Source: Haliotis rufescens
Taxonomy: Eukaryota
Length of the DNA stretch: 64,000 bases
Assembly: GCF_023055435.1 (NCBI RefSeq)
Contig: NW_025963813.1
Location: forward strand, 35,216,001 to 35,280,000
Reading direction: 5' to 3'
Of this stretch, positions 13,362 through 26,657 are shown one piece after another (the stretch's first letter is position 1; every line of letters begins with the position of its first letter). Below the pieces are notes generated by a model, which worked only from the letters and a program-made list of their open reading frames with translations, was not told the DNA's origin and did no database searches. The translations under genes and the position numbers were made by a program.

Positions 13362-13860
13362 TGAAATGAGGCCGCATGCTACTATGTGACTATAAATATA
13401 CCTTTAATGTCATAGACTAGACTGATAAAGCATATCTATACTTCCACCTTGACCTACATGTTCTGGTAGTTGACGTTATCGTGTGTTCACGAAATGGAAC
13501 AGTTTTAAACAGCTATCTGAACCACATACTGTTAACAAGGACTGTGCTATACATTCCTGTCAGATTACGAAACAATGCAGCGACGACTGTGACATAAAGT
13601 CCTGACAGATAAAGAAAATGTGCTGACATGTTTGAGTGGATACTAATTGGGGATTGGTAATTCAGGGACCTGCCTGCCACTCCACATTATCATTGTGCAT
13701 GAGGTATTTATGACGGAATGATGACTGCGTGAACAGCCAACTCATTTTTGAGGATGTGAAGATGTAAACCCTTCATGACTAACGTTAGCCACAACAGACG
13801 GACTTAGTATTAAGTAGAGCACACATGCTTACTACATTATCATTGAAAGCCAATACTCCT
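13362..13860 (-). other. Orphan duplicate of the A-type arylsulfatase upstream/5'UTR region
   Basis: Aligns to 11335-12200 and 49370-50120 (GACTAGACTGATAAAGCATATCT, CTATACATTCCTG.CAGAT, GTGAAGATGTAAAC) but no exon 1 follows; 16330-16620 likewise repeats 12330-12580. Confidence 0.7.
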
Positions 13861-14917
13861 TTTTTCAATTCGGGAAGATCGGTACATGTAGTTACGTATG
13901 AAGGTATGATACCATCACCATAGCATAAGTATGCGTCATCTCGAAGCAGGGCAGGTACCGTATTACTTTAACAACTTTGTTTTGACTGAAGCACTTCAGT
14001 TTTTTTAATATTGCCCCAGGAAAGTCAAAACAAGTTAGTATTCACGAAGCAAGCGTCTAAATATACACATAAATCTAAAGCTAAGTCTCACGTGTGTAAT
14101 TAGGTCCATTTCACCGACATCTCATCGCTTTTTGGTCATATTTAAACATTGAGACTCTGTCTTGAACTGTAACTTTTATCAACATCATGGCACGCCTACT
14201 GTTTAATTTTATTTAAATGTGGTGATTTTGTAGACCAAGCGAATTTTACCCAAAATGTCCGGTGATTTTGTACCCATTTTGTTGTGGCATCAGGCCAAGT
14301 TTCTAAACTATGTATTAGTTTTAGTATCCTGAAAGTTACATTACTAGGCCTATCACTGTCCTGTATCAGCATACTATTAACGTATGTAGGTGATACACTT
14401 TAGCCATTGACACACAAGTTTGTAGAGATAGGGGGTCAGCTCAGACGATGGTAATAGCCATTTAGAAAAAGACGACAGAAATTCGCAGGACACGGCACAA
14501 CTCAGTTGCGTTATGAACCTCAACTCCTGCTCAAACATATCACCAAGTGTGTGTGTGTTTGGGGGGGGGGGGGGCGAGGAAGTTGTTTAAATAAGGCACT
14601 TGGTGAGGCTAGAGGGTGGCTGGCTTTTGGTATTAAATGTTGGCAGTGTTCTATGAGGGAGTGGTAAAGTGGATCTTTTTCATCATTTTCTGAAAGAAAA
14701 CATATTTCTTTGTGAATATCTGGAGTGAGTTTGTGGTACATAGAGGGGCTAAAGATTTTGAGTGAATGACAATTTTTAAAATGGTTTCACCGAAGTGGTC
14801 ATCGAACGTCTGAGCCCTGCATCACTTCGGGCTTTCATCCCACCTTAAGCTGACACGCCTCGATATAACTGGAATACTGTTAAAAGCGGCGATAAACCCA
14901 ACTCACTCACTCACTCA

Positions 14918-15800
14918 ACAACATACCAAGATTAACAGATCGCTACATCCGACTGCGCCACGTACGTGAAAGGACGAACACAGCCACCCCAACCGCATCT
15001 TAAATACCGGGACTGTGCAGAATCTTCAAACAGACAGTCCGAAACCGTTTAAGAGCAGCTGGTCTAAAAGCAAGACGTCTTGTTCGACGCATCATATTGA
15101 GTCGACCACATCGTCAACAACGACTGCATAGGTGTCCTCAACACAGGGTATGACCTCAACTGCGATGGAGAGATGTCTGGTTCAGCGACTAATCAAGATT
15201 TCTCCTCAGCCGAGGGAATGGAAGAACACAGGTCTACAGACGTCGGGGAGAAAGTTACGCTGGAAACTGCATACAGGAAGCGGACAGGTAGGGTAGGGGT
15301 AGTATTATGATGTGGACGGCTATCGCTTATCATGGCAGGACAGGTTTGGTCCATATCAAGTGCAATTTTACGGCTCAACGATACATCAACGAAATTCTCC
15401 TGCAACACGTCCTCCCAATTGCAACGGTGTATTCCAGCAGGACAACCCTCGACCGCATGCAGCAGGGATCACAAGAGCCTGTCTACACAACAGCAACGTT
15501 GTCCTCCCCTGGTCCTCCAGATCCCCGAATTTGAACCTGATAGAGCACCTGTGGGATGAATTGGAAAGACGGCTACGCCGATGTCAACCACAGCCCCAGA
15601 CATTGCACCAGTTTGCCTTTACATTGCAGGACGAGTGGGCTACTATTCCCCAGGTTGTAATTAGCAGACTCGTCTCTTCCATGGGAGATGTCAGGCCGCT
15701 ATCGATTCCAACGGGGTACGTACGCGTAATTGATGGTAGCTGACCTTCACCTTGGACTTTTCCTATGTACCGATAACTGAGTTGACTTCTGTCACCAAAT
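14918..15800 (+). mobile_element. Tc1-like transposase remnant
   Basis: DRYIRLRH, WFSD, GSIMMW, FQQDNPRPH, WSSRSPNLNLIEHLWDELERRLR (DD34E-type) with stops and frameshifts. Confidence 0.85.
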
Positions 15801-17002
15801 GTTCTCTCAACAACATTTTGGTTCAATACCCTGTATGGTTCCCCCGTATAAATGTATTTTCCTACCTTACATTAATCTGGCTTTGCGTTTCTTTTTTAAC
15901 TGTATATTTGTGCGTGGCTGTGAGGGGATAAGAGTGTGTGTATATGTGTTTTGCCTGAAATGTCTTGATGTGTTGTCTTTTATATTGTAAGAAGAGTGTA
16001 TTTAAAGTATGCATGTGTAGAATAAATGTTGTTTTTATGAGAACTTTACATATTAGACAGAACCAAGTGGAATGGCGATAGTTGAGTTTGTTCATGCCCA
16101 CCTTTAGTCTACAGGGGTTGTATTTTATGTAAAATGCCAGAAAAATTTACTTCAGAGACTTGTGCATTTATTATTTAGTGTGGTCATGTTGTTGGGGAAG
16201 TGTGTAGTCGTTTGAACTTTTCTTGTGTTAGTTTTTCAGGATTGTTTTGGATGGGTGCTAATGTCTGCCTAACATACTGCAATTAAAAACGCGAGGAAAA
16301 TGAAACATTTACTTACAGTTAGCATAAGCAATAAAATACAAGGGATGGTCCATCTGCATGTAACCTTGACATATGGTTCTATCTGTAAACTGTTTCTTTC
16401 AGCAGGGAGGGATCGCCACAGGGATGTAGAAGTGAGCATCAGTGTACAGGGTAAGAATAGGTTCTTCAGGGTCATGTACATGGAGAATAAATGCATAGGC
16501 TTTTTAGTGTTAATCTTGTATTGTGAGTATTTTACGCCAGTGGACTACATTGAACACCCATGGCAAATGCAGTCCGCCAAGAATGATATAATGACACCAT
16601 TTATCATAATGATTATCTGAAGGGTGTTGTATGGTCCACAGCTGATTAGTTTCTGTGGTGAAATGTCCAAAGGGGCCCCAATTTAGCACATTCTGTCAGA
16701 ACCATATCTTTGCTGGTGGGTTTCAGCAAAGTGTTAAAACATGAAGCATCTACTTCTTCGGTCTCATTAAAGTACCGTTCAATCCCACCTACCAATCGTA
16801 ACAGTGAATCAGAGACACTGGAAATTGACACTTTTTATTTGTCGTTTTATATGTAGTATCAAAATGAATTTCAACCAATACATTGTCACATGTTTTTTTG
16901 CGTCATGTGACCTTCCATCAACAAAGTGTAACAGATAACTCTATTTAAATGAAGATCAACCAACATATTAATATATATTATTTGCTACAAATTTATCAAA
17001 GT

Positions 17003-20000
17003 TCAACACCATCCGGGACTCCATGCGTTGCCAAAGTTTCTTGGGTTAGATGCAGGATCAGGAGGAGGGAAAAGGGCGGGAACCATCTGCTTCCGGTAGT
17101 ATTCCATCCGGGCTCTTAGTTGGTCAACAATCTCCGGCCTCTTTATTGCATAGTCGTTACGCTCAGTGGGATCCACTGTCGGTGAAAACCAAAATATTCA
17201 TTACATGACAAGTTTGACATGTATGTATGTGGTTGACGGGTTTAACATAAATAATTTTCTTATGTCTTTCAATATTGACCAACTTGAATAAAATTTGAAT
17301 TATGGTTAGAAAAAATAATTTGGGTAAATAGACAGGTATTATTACTTTCTGCACCTACAATATATATTGAACAGCTGCACTGGACTATCGCCTTTAATAT
17401 ATATCGTTTGATCATAAATATCATCCTTTGTCCTGTTCATAGGCTCGTGCCAGCCATCAGGTCCTCCAGGGTAGCCCAATATCAGCTTCCAGTAACCAAC
17501 CCTGCGAACAGACAATACCACACAGGTTCACCTGTAATCAACTGCACACTTTCTTGTTCATAGTTTCTATTGTTCAGAATAAAGGTATGTAAGACACGAC
17601 TACATAATGATTTCCCAAGGTTAAAGTCCAGCTTTTGAAGTCTTAGATAGCAATGTCTTAGTCCATAAGTACTTTTCTCAGTGTTCCTTCCCTGTTTTGA
17701 TACATACCCTGCAAATGATGGATGTTTTGAAACCTAATACCTTATTCCAGCATGCCCTTCCGTTGCAGGTTCAAAGTCGTCTAGATTGTATATGAACTCA
17801 GTCCTTGACGACGGATAGCCATTCCTGATAGAATCCCAGTGGCTTATACCGTCGATTGAGGTCTCTACAATATTGAAAGATGTGACTGACATCATCGAAA
17901 TGAAGTCTGAATGAAAAAAGATAACACGTTTTGCCCTTTCCAATCAAGGTCACCTGATCAAGTTCCAATTTTCTCATCTATTCGTAGGGATAAAAGATAT
18001 ATAATGAACATTTCCAAAGGAGAAATAACATAATGTTTTGTTTATTACGTGAACATGTGCGGGCAGTTTACTCATGAATGTATTGTTGTACGAGGCGATG
18101 GTGCTATTGCTAAAGGGATCCACTCTTGAAATATTCTTTGTTGGAACATGCCAGTTTTAAGTCGCACTCGAAAATACATACTGAGATCAAAACATCTGCA
18201 AGAGGTGTTAGCCAGTGTGATAAGTATACAGGTGCATGCTGGTGACACGTGTCATGCTGTGGGAGACTATCTTGGTCCCCATAAAGAATTGATCTGCAAC
18301 AGCTCATTCTTGTCGGAGGAGACGACTAATTCACGACTGTTCAAATTCCCTGAAATTGGTTGATGCATGTCATCGATCCCAGTTGCATTGATCGGTGCCC
18401 ATGATGTCAGTCACTGGATTGTCTTGTCCAGATTATTTACAGACCGCCATCATATAGCTGGCATATCGCTGAGTGAGGCGTTAAACAACAAGGAAGGAAT
18501 TATCAAAGAAGTATGTCCTTATTACCAGGAGTTCCTCCAGCTGCTGACACCAAGGTCGGTTTCCAGTCTACAGCATGCATCATTCTGTAATAACATGGTT
18601 CTGTGATTACATGTGTGTTTGAGTTGTTGTGAACTGTCTGGTCTATATAACCAAACGTCGTTAGCTCAGAGGAGAATTAATCTCCTTCAAAATAATACCA
18701 TTCTTCTCACAGATGTCTAATACTAAATTCATGGCACTAACGAACCCATTATAAGTTGTCTTGGTTTTCTTTAGTCCAGTGCCATACATGAAGGATGTCC
18801 CCTTCGTGCCTCCCTCCCAGATTGTGTGCTTCCCTCCTCTCAGAGGCCAGTTGCTGGCATAACCTTCAATAGGACCGCCATTCTGGAGTGATAAGGTATT
18901 GCTCACACTGAATGATTCAGTATATAGTCTAATGAAGTGAAATTAATCTCTAAAACCAGCTTATTCTTCAAAATCAATAACACCACAACCCTTTGGGTAT
19001 TTGTATGATAACCGATGATTGACGATGTACTCATAAACCATTATTTTCATTCTCAGTATTTCGTTTGATAAAGAAGACAACCTGTCTTACATCAGCTGTG
19101 AACAGAATGAGAGTGTTTTCAAACAACCCCTTCTCCTTAAGTGCCTGTGTAACGTTTCCAATTGCTTCATCGAGGGCAGATACCATGCCTAAAAATAGAT
19201 CATATCAACATACAATTCTGTAATGTTAGCAAAAAAAATTATCCACCACACGGAGGTGGGTCTGGGCTCGCGTAGAGGAAAGTATGTGTAATTACAGTAT
19301 GACTGAGTACCTGAGTATGTTCTGCGACCATGGTTTATCACATTAGGATACATGTTGAAGTACTTTTCAGGAACCTGAATATAAAAGATTGGCAAGTAAG
19401 AATATGAATCAGCATGAGTATCAAATGTCTTGCGATTTTGCAAATATTTCATCCGAGCGATAAACATTTCAACTATTTGAAGTTGATGCATTCAGGCAAA
19501 TTTTCAAGAAAACAAAAATGCATTTGCTAAACATATTGTACTGTCAAGACTTTCACAATTCATTTCGGCTACAAAATCACAACATTCACTTCTTAACTTC
19601 TGATCTTGTTTAATCTAGGATCAGGCACATCTCCTTCAAAAAAAAGAAGAAGAATTAGACTTAGACTACTTTACCTCAATAGGAGCATGTACATTCTGAT
19701 AGGGCAGGTACATAAACAGAGGCTGCGAGACGTTATGTTGGTGGATGATGTCAACAGCTTTCCTGGCGAAAGTGTACTGAAACAAAGCGACAAAACGAGT
19801 ATATCAGATACAGTGTGTTCAATGCTCCTCCTCTACAAAGTCCGGAAACGCTCAGCATTACGTTGCTAATGTTTTGTATCATATTTTGGGCGTGGTGGGA
19901 AAACCGAGTGCCTGAAGTGTTCGCTCGGCACTCTGAAGGCCTGGGTGGATATCCCACATACGTACAATGCGCGACGTCCCTTGCTGGTGTCCCCCACGTG

Positions 20001-23000
20001 ATGTTGCTGGATTATTGCATAAATGGGCATAAAACCATACTCACTGACTCACTTCATATTATATATGAGTTAAAATTTAACATCGCATCGGCATTATTTC
20101 AGCTTTGAATTACATTTCGTCATTGTACAGTTTAATGTCGATTATAGTAGACAACCATTCGTTCTTTGAAATCGAAAGACTATTTGTTTCTCATTGTGAA
20201 AACAATTTCAGTAGAAGTACATGTTTCATTTTTTGGTGCAAGTTGTAACAGTCTTGTAACACTCCCTCATTGAGTATTACCTCCTTTAGTTATAAAGCCT
20301 GTTAAGATTATTTCAGACGAGAAACGTGTAGCTAAATGTAGCCAATTCTAGTTACCGCTACTTGATTTATTTATATTTACAAATGTCCGCTGCTCAAACA
20401 TTACTCACTGCTGAATACTCTCCCTTGTAATCCCAAGCAGGAAGTTTGTTATCTCGGTAGTCTAAATAGGCACCTGTAAAATACATCAACGAACACTTAT
20501 ATCCACAATAAATGTCCATTCATCAGACTTGAGCATCTGACATGTCATTAATGGAGGCAGTACTAAGTAGGTAGGTGATGAGTTAGATTTAATGTTGCAC
20601 CCAAGTCATACATAAACATAAACTGGTTTCGAATTTACTCAAACTCACAAAATTTATTATTTACAAGCAATCAGTTATACTCCGACAATTATTTATTCTT
20701 CAAAGAAATATCCAGGGCAATTAAGGGAAAGTATCTTTCAGATCTACAGGTTTATTAAACATCGGCAGAGTCCAGCAATATATGTATCTCAAAACATGGA
20801 ATACATTTTGGATGTCCATCCACGTGCGTTTTTAGCGAACATCTACGAGTACACTGTTACACCTACTGATAATCCATGTCGATATTTAAGTTTATTGTGA
20901 TAATCGGAATTTATTCAGGCAGCTCGCATGTTTTGCCTAAGATCCCATGTTGCACATCCCATCACTTCTGTAAGACAGTTTTGTAGATCCAACTAAGTGA
21001 CACATGAAACGATAACCTTGAACTCATCAGTGAAAATGGATTCACTTGATCATTGATTTTTTACTTTTTGTCATTTTCAAGTGATCCTGGGTAGGACTAT
21101 TCTCCGACTTCACCAACTACCACCAAGTTCGATGTGCTGCATGTTGAGTCGGAAAAGGTTTATGTCGCATTCTGGAAAGGGTTTTTGTCGAGTTTGTTTA
21201 GATCAATGTCAAGAACAGTTATATGTGGTTTGATTCTGATCCCATGTGATGAACTTTGGGTCTACTTTGAAAAAATACTCATGTGTGTTGTGTTGGTCGT
21301 TAAATACTTGCCATTGCTATGATTGAAGTAGTCCTCCTGTGCACTGTAGTAGCCGAAGAACGTATCAAACCCTCTGTACGTCGGTGTACACTCCCATTTG
21401 CAGAAACCCAGATGCCATCTTGAAAGCATCAAAGAAATGGCGTGAGGGAGTTGTGTTGCATGGAATAGTGCAACCCGAAACTGCTTCGGATACCGCGATA
21501 GTTTGAACCGATTTGTCAAAAAAGAAATCTGAATTATTTCAATTCGTTGCATACCCGTGAAGATCCGGGCTAGGACAGGTCTTCAACAACTCACGCTTGC
21601 CTTGAAAGGCGACTATGCTTGTCGTCAGAGGCGAATAACGGAATTTGGCGGCCAGGCTCACTAACTTGGATAACGTTAATAAGTGGATTGTCTGATTCAG
21701 ACTCGATTATTTACAGACCGCCATCATATAGCTGGAATATTGGTGAGTGTGGTGTTAAACAACAAACCAAACACAATTCTTTGCGAACACAGAATGCATT
21801 CATATACATTTATCTACCTTGCTTGTAACATATCGAGATTCCATTCTTCCTTGTTCTCATACGTAGTTCATTCCGATCACTTCAGACACATTGTATAACA
21901 AACCCTTAAGTGTACATCAACATAATCATATGGGCACTACCACACTCTACAGAATCAGTTGTGCCCTAATGCTGGACGTACTTGCCGACCATATGGGTAG
22001 CATAGCCGAGTTTCTTCAACTCTTGTGGCAGGAAGGTGTAGTTGAGGGGCACACATGCGGCCTGAACGTTGGCTAGAACTTTGTGCTACAATGTGAAATT
22101 AATATGTAGCCCTAGGACCTTATGACATCATACAAGACAAATTTACACACTACATTAATGACACTCTTGGATCAGGGGGCGCTGTCAGGCGACAGAATCA
22201 CATTTGTTAACGGTTTTTAACAAAACCTTTATTTGTTTCTTCAATGTTAGAGATTTAAATATGTTTGCCTAACTTACATTTGTTTGGACAGGGAAGAATA
22301 ACCTTTATTTACCTGCATACCCACTCTGAATGGAAACATTCCACTCATGAAGGCCGTGCGAGACCTTTAAATACAAAAAAAAAAACAGCCGTCAGTAGTG
22401 AACTTATTCGTATCAATCTCATCTCGAAAATCCTTCTAATATAACAGTTATAATTTCCAAGATTTTACAAATACATCATGACAAGAGATATCTTATATTC
22501 ATACATCAACATTCGATGTTTTGATGATAAATAGGTGGAACATGTTGGGATACGAGTGTTATATGTACAAGCTTGGGTAAAAAAGCAAATGATATTTACG
22601 GGCTGCAAAAAGGCTGGACATAGGCGCTCTCGAAGATGATCCCCTCTGTAGCCAGTTTGTCAATGTTAGGAGTCTTCATGTTTCGGTTTCGGAAACCAAC
22701 ATCGTGCCATCCTTGTTGTAAGTTAACGTGACGGGATAATATTTGGATACATATGCGTCAATGAAGTGTAAATAAGAATCGTTTGGACGGTATAACTTCT
22801 CTATATTCTTGGATGTTAGCCTTCGTATTAACTTGTTTTCGCATATATGTATAATTTGTTTATGGAATTGTTAACGTTATATATTTTAGTTTTTATATAC
22901 CAATACGTATGTGGAGAATCAGTCCTCCTGGTCAGAATTGCCTTAATATTGACGGAGACATGCGTATATTTTCCAAACATGTGTGATAACATTTCATATT

Positions 23001-23297
23001 TGGGTGTGTTGGGAGCTTGAGACGAACATTCAATACTGTCAGGAATAACGATTCTCATCATCCCATATGTTCTATCGGCTGATGCATTTAATCTTTTGCA
23101 CAGATATATTATTTGACCTTGTGTGATGAACTGATCATCTGACGTACTCATCAGAACGAACAGAAAAACGTTGGTCCTTTATCTGTGAAGAAAACATGCT
23201 CACCTAAATCATCTGCAACTATGAAGACAATGTTCGGGCGTTGTGTCGCCGCGCAAGACACAAGAACCGAGAGGAACACAAGAATGAACTTCTCCAT
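17003..23297 (-). CDS. Arylsulfatase B-like sulfatase, paralog B (14 exons, 477 aa, intact)
   Basis: Exons 23204-23297, 22600-22711, 22313-22364, 21982-22085, 21312-21418 (GC donor), 20409-20473, 19675-19776, 19311-19374, 19091-19188, 18746-18882, 18526-18584, 17741-17864, 17359-17501, 17003-17175. Exons 2-14 have the same sizes as in [23 protein letters not shown]; ends WSPGWC*. Confidence 0.92.
19885..20055 (+). mobile_element. Old tRNA-derived SINE (family T1) in gene B intron 6
   Basis: Diverged match to 34091-34252 with (CACT)n tail. Confidence 0.55.
21553..21772 (+). mobile_element. SINE-like family R1, internally deleted
   Basis: Matches 4209-4499. Further partial copies near 10325-10433(-), 18356-18490(+), 31922-32103(-), 41303-41447(-), 53476-53655(-), 54211-54366(+). 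Confidence 0.75.
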
Positions 23298-24829
23298 TGC
23301 CACGTTCAGACAAAAGTGATTACATCACAGATCCTAGTCACATTTATCAGGTGACCTTCGCCTGCTTATCAGATAGATAGACATGATCGTTTGCCATGTG
23401 TGCACATTAACGTGATAGGTAGAAGCTCACGTGATATATTACGTCAACAATGCATTGTTTTAATTTCAATTGGCTGGATAGGTACGGGTAATATTCCATT
23501 CTGGGTCCACTTGCACCAAGCGACGATAGTTCTAAGCCTTTAAGCTGTTACGGGTAAATTTCCAAATTAAAACGCAGATGTTTTAATATCACACCACCTG
23601 TTTTTCCAAATGCATTGACTTAAGGACATTAACCTGATGGATAGGAGCTGAAGTGTGTCAGCACACTTACTCCAAATTCATTTGAATTTTAACTAATTTC
23701 ACAACTGGCTCATAAGGGTACACTAGCTATCACATGTTGCACCAAGTTCCTACTGTATAAAGACAGTCGAATCCAAGGATTTTTTTCTTTTCATTCTATT
23801 GGTCGACTTCATTTAAAGCTATTAGAGGGATGGTATTTTTTTCTCCAATAGCCTATCTTTGATGCCAAGGTTTGAGTGATTTTCAGAATTGAAATGTTAG
23901 TAGACACAATTGGAAATATTTCTGTTCATGACCGATCAATGCTGGCCGATAATATCTGTTGTTTCTCTAACATAAAGCAATCCACAAAGGGTACATTCAA
24001 TGCCATATGTGACGTTTTAGGTCTTCAAAAGGTTTTGTGCAGTATGTTTTAGCTGTAAAGATAGATTTGAATTCAGGATCAGTTATCAAAACTATACTTG
24101 AACCCAGTCATAGACATGCATTCTAGGTTACATGATTCTGGATTTGGGTAAGACATCATTGTGGTCAATGCGAACTTACTTATAAACTGGTAAAAGTCAC
24201 TCACTCTGATTGGTTAATTAGACTATGGCCTATCCCTTTACATCATTTTACAACCTATTTTAACAGGCCATTTTCCACTTTTTCTAATGCAGTTTGCTTA
24301 TGTACAAATTCCAATTTTGCCTAAAAGAGAAAGTATTTTACTTTGTTGTAAGTATACACGATCCTATGTTTTTACTTATCAGGCTGCGTCAATAGCCTAA
24401 TTTCGAATGAGTTTTCAGAAATTTTGAGGTTATATTTGAACGCCAGTTACCCTACTATTGGCTATCATTTAGCCATTTTTAGTTTTGAGTCACAGGCACG
24501 GTACTTTGTGAATGGGATTAAATGTAGACACTTTCGTTAATCGTTTCGTTTCTCTTTGGACTGGCTAGGTTTGGGTGTTTCAGGTGACTGATGTAACAAA
24601 GATACTTTTTTCTTGAAATTTACAAGTAACAAAACTGTTTTAATTATTTTTTAATAATATTTCTTCTTACCACCATCCAAGGTAAAGTAGCATGTGTTCT
24701 ACTGTTGGATGGCAGTACTCATGCCATGAGCCAATACAGAATACTATGTTCAGTTTGTTAAAATGGCAACACTAAGTTCTCATGTGTGATGCATGTCCGT
24801 TGGACTGTGTCACGAAAACTGTTGCGCTT

Positions 24830-25545
24830 TTAACCTTGTTCCATAGGGTCATTTTAAGGATATACAGAACCAAGGATATGTGGCCATGGTGTATAGACTT
24901 ATAAATTGGATTTCTCCTATCAAGGCTGTGGTAGCTGTCAAACAGCTATTAGCTGGGTATGCACTGACCAGAACATTTTATATCAAATAGATGCTGACAT
25001 CTGCACTTCATCTTCATCAGCTTTACAAACTGAACCGCTGCTAGAAGCTGTACTTTTACCAGAACCTGCCATTCAACTAGACTCTGTACAAGACCCCAAA
25101 ACTAATACACATCTCACGAACGAAGAAAATAAACAACGACGAAAAGAAGCAAGGGCCCTTAAACGTGTTGAGGAGCCTTTGTCATTGAATGTTCTTTGGA
25201 CGTTTATAACACACTTGAACCTCTAGATATGGAGGTCACTCCATCGCTACCATTACAGCGTAGAGGACCTTCCCCCACTCACGATCTCTTATCGGGCCTC
25301 CATGAGTTGCTCTCCCAATTTATTACAATGGAATTGTAGAGTATTTCGGAACAACCTTAGTGACCTTCAGTTCTTAATTCAAGATTTCAAGCCATCAGCA
25401 TTTTGTCTTCAAGAAACCTTCTTCAAAACCATAATTTTGATTTAAGACAGTACGATTATTACCATTGCTTTTCCCCTCCAGGGGATAAAGCAACAGGAGG
25501 ATCTTCTGTTTTGGTGAGGCAGGGCATCCTTCACAGTCCTGTACC
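24830..25545 (+). mobile_element. Non-LTR retrotransposon fragment (I/Nimb-like): end of ORF1 and start of ORF2 endonuclease
   Basis: From 25302: MSCSPNLLQWNCRVFRNNLSDLQFLIQDFKPSAFCLQET, then after a frameshift KATGGSSVLVRQGILHSPV (APE endonuclease N-terminal motifs). Confidence 0.75.
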
Positions 25546-26657
25546 TGAGGCTCTAGAAGGGTTTACGTCTTCACGACCCCAATCAACAACATTGAGTTGG
25601 CTGTTTTTCATGGGACCATCATGTGTTACAGATTGACGAGTCCCTGTGTGTTTCAGTTTAGATTAGAGACCCGCTATCATGTGCAAGACTTCAAGAAATG
25701 TTGATAAACCTTATGCAAATTCCTCAAGGGCCCGCGGACCAACCTATTTTCTAACACGGCATACTTATTCACTCGCTAGATTACTAGGTAATCTTCACAT
25801 AAAGTAGTATCCTTCATGCAGCATATTATGTAGGATATCATTTCAAACAGAGACCTGATCTTCAAAACTGTTTCATATCGATTCTTGCACTAAACTATGC
25901 GGTCGCGAGATTCCCTCAATCGCACTGAATTTGCTAATACCTTCCTACTTTATTGATGCTTCCCTTCTATCTGTTCTGTCCCGGTTGATGAATCTGGGTT
26001 AGAATATGTTCCTCCTGTTACATACGGTTGTTAAAAGGGGCGACTAAATAGATTGAGTAGGCAACCTCAAAGGCGGCATATTTCATTGCTCATAAAACCA
26101 TCACTGGTTTGTTTTGTCCAGACTCGATTATTTACAGATATCTGGCAAAAAGCTGGACTGTTGCTGGATGTAGCGAAAAACGACAAGCACATCAATGTAG
26201 GTTGAAGGTCCAGCATGGCATTTTGAAGTATGTATTATATTTATTAACACAATGTAAGTATTTATTATCCTTCCTTGCTGAAAGACTCAGATGTCTGCAA
26301 TAAACATGTTAGCATGATGTTTTATCTTACCAGCACTTATGTCAAAGTTGTTGCGTAGTTTCGTTATCTGACAGGAATGTACAGCACAGTCGTAAACATT
26401 CCATTGCTCATGGTGAGAGATCTGTTCTTAAAAACTGTTTCATATCGATTCTTGCACAAAACTATGCGATTCCCTAAATCTCACTACATGTGCTAAAACG
26501 TTCCTACTTTATTGATTAAGTGAGAACAAATGTAATTGTGACAAATACCAGAACATGTCGGTCAAGTTGCTTTATCAGTCTAGTCCATGATATTGGAAGG
26601 TCTATGTATAGGCAGATGGTGTCACATGGTCTCATTTCTGCTGAACAAGACAACATA

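Noticed and set aside
25860-26517. ~100-bp duplication upstream of gene C (25860-25957 and 26428-26517)
   Set aside because: Real, but a small local duplication with no evidence of function.
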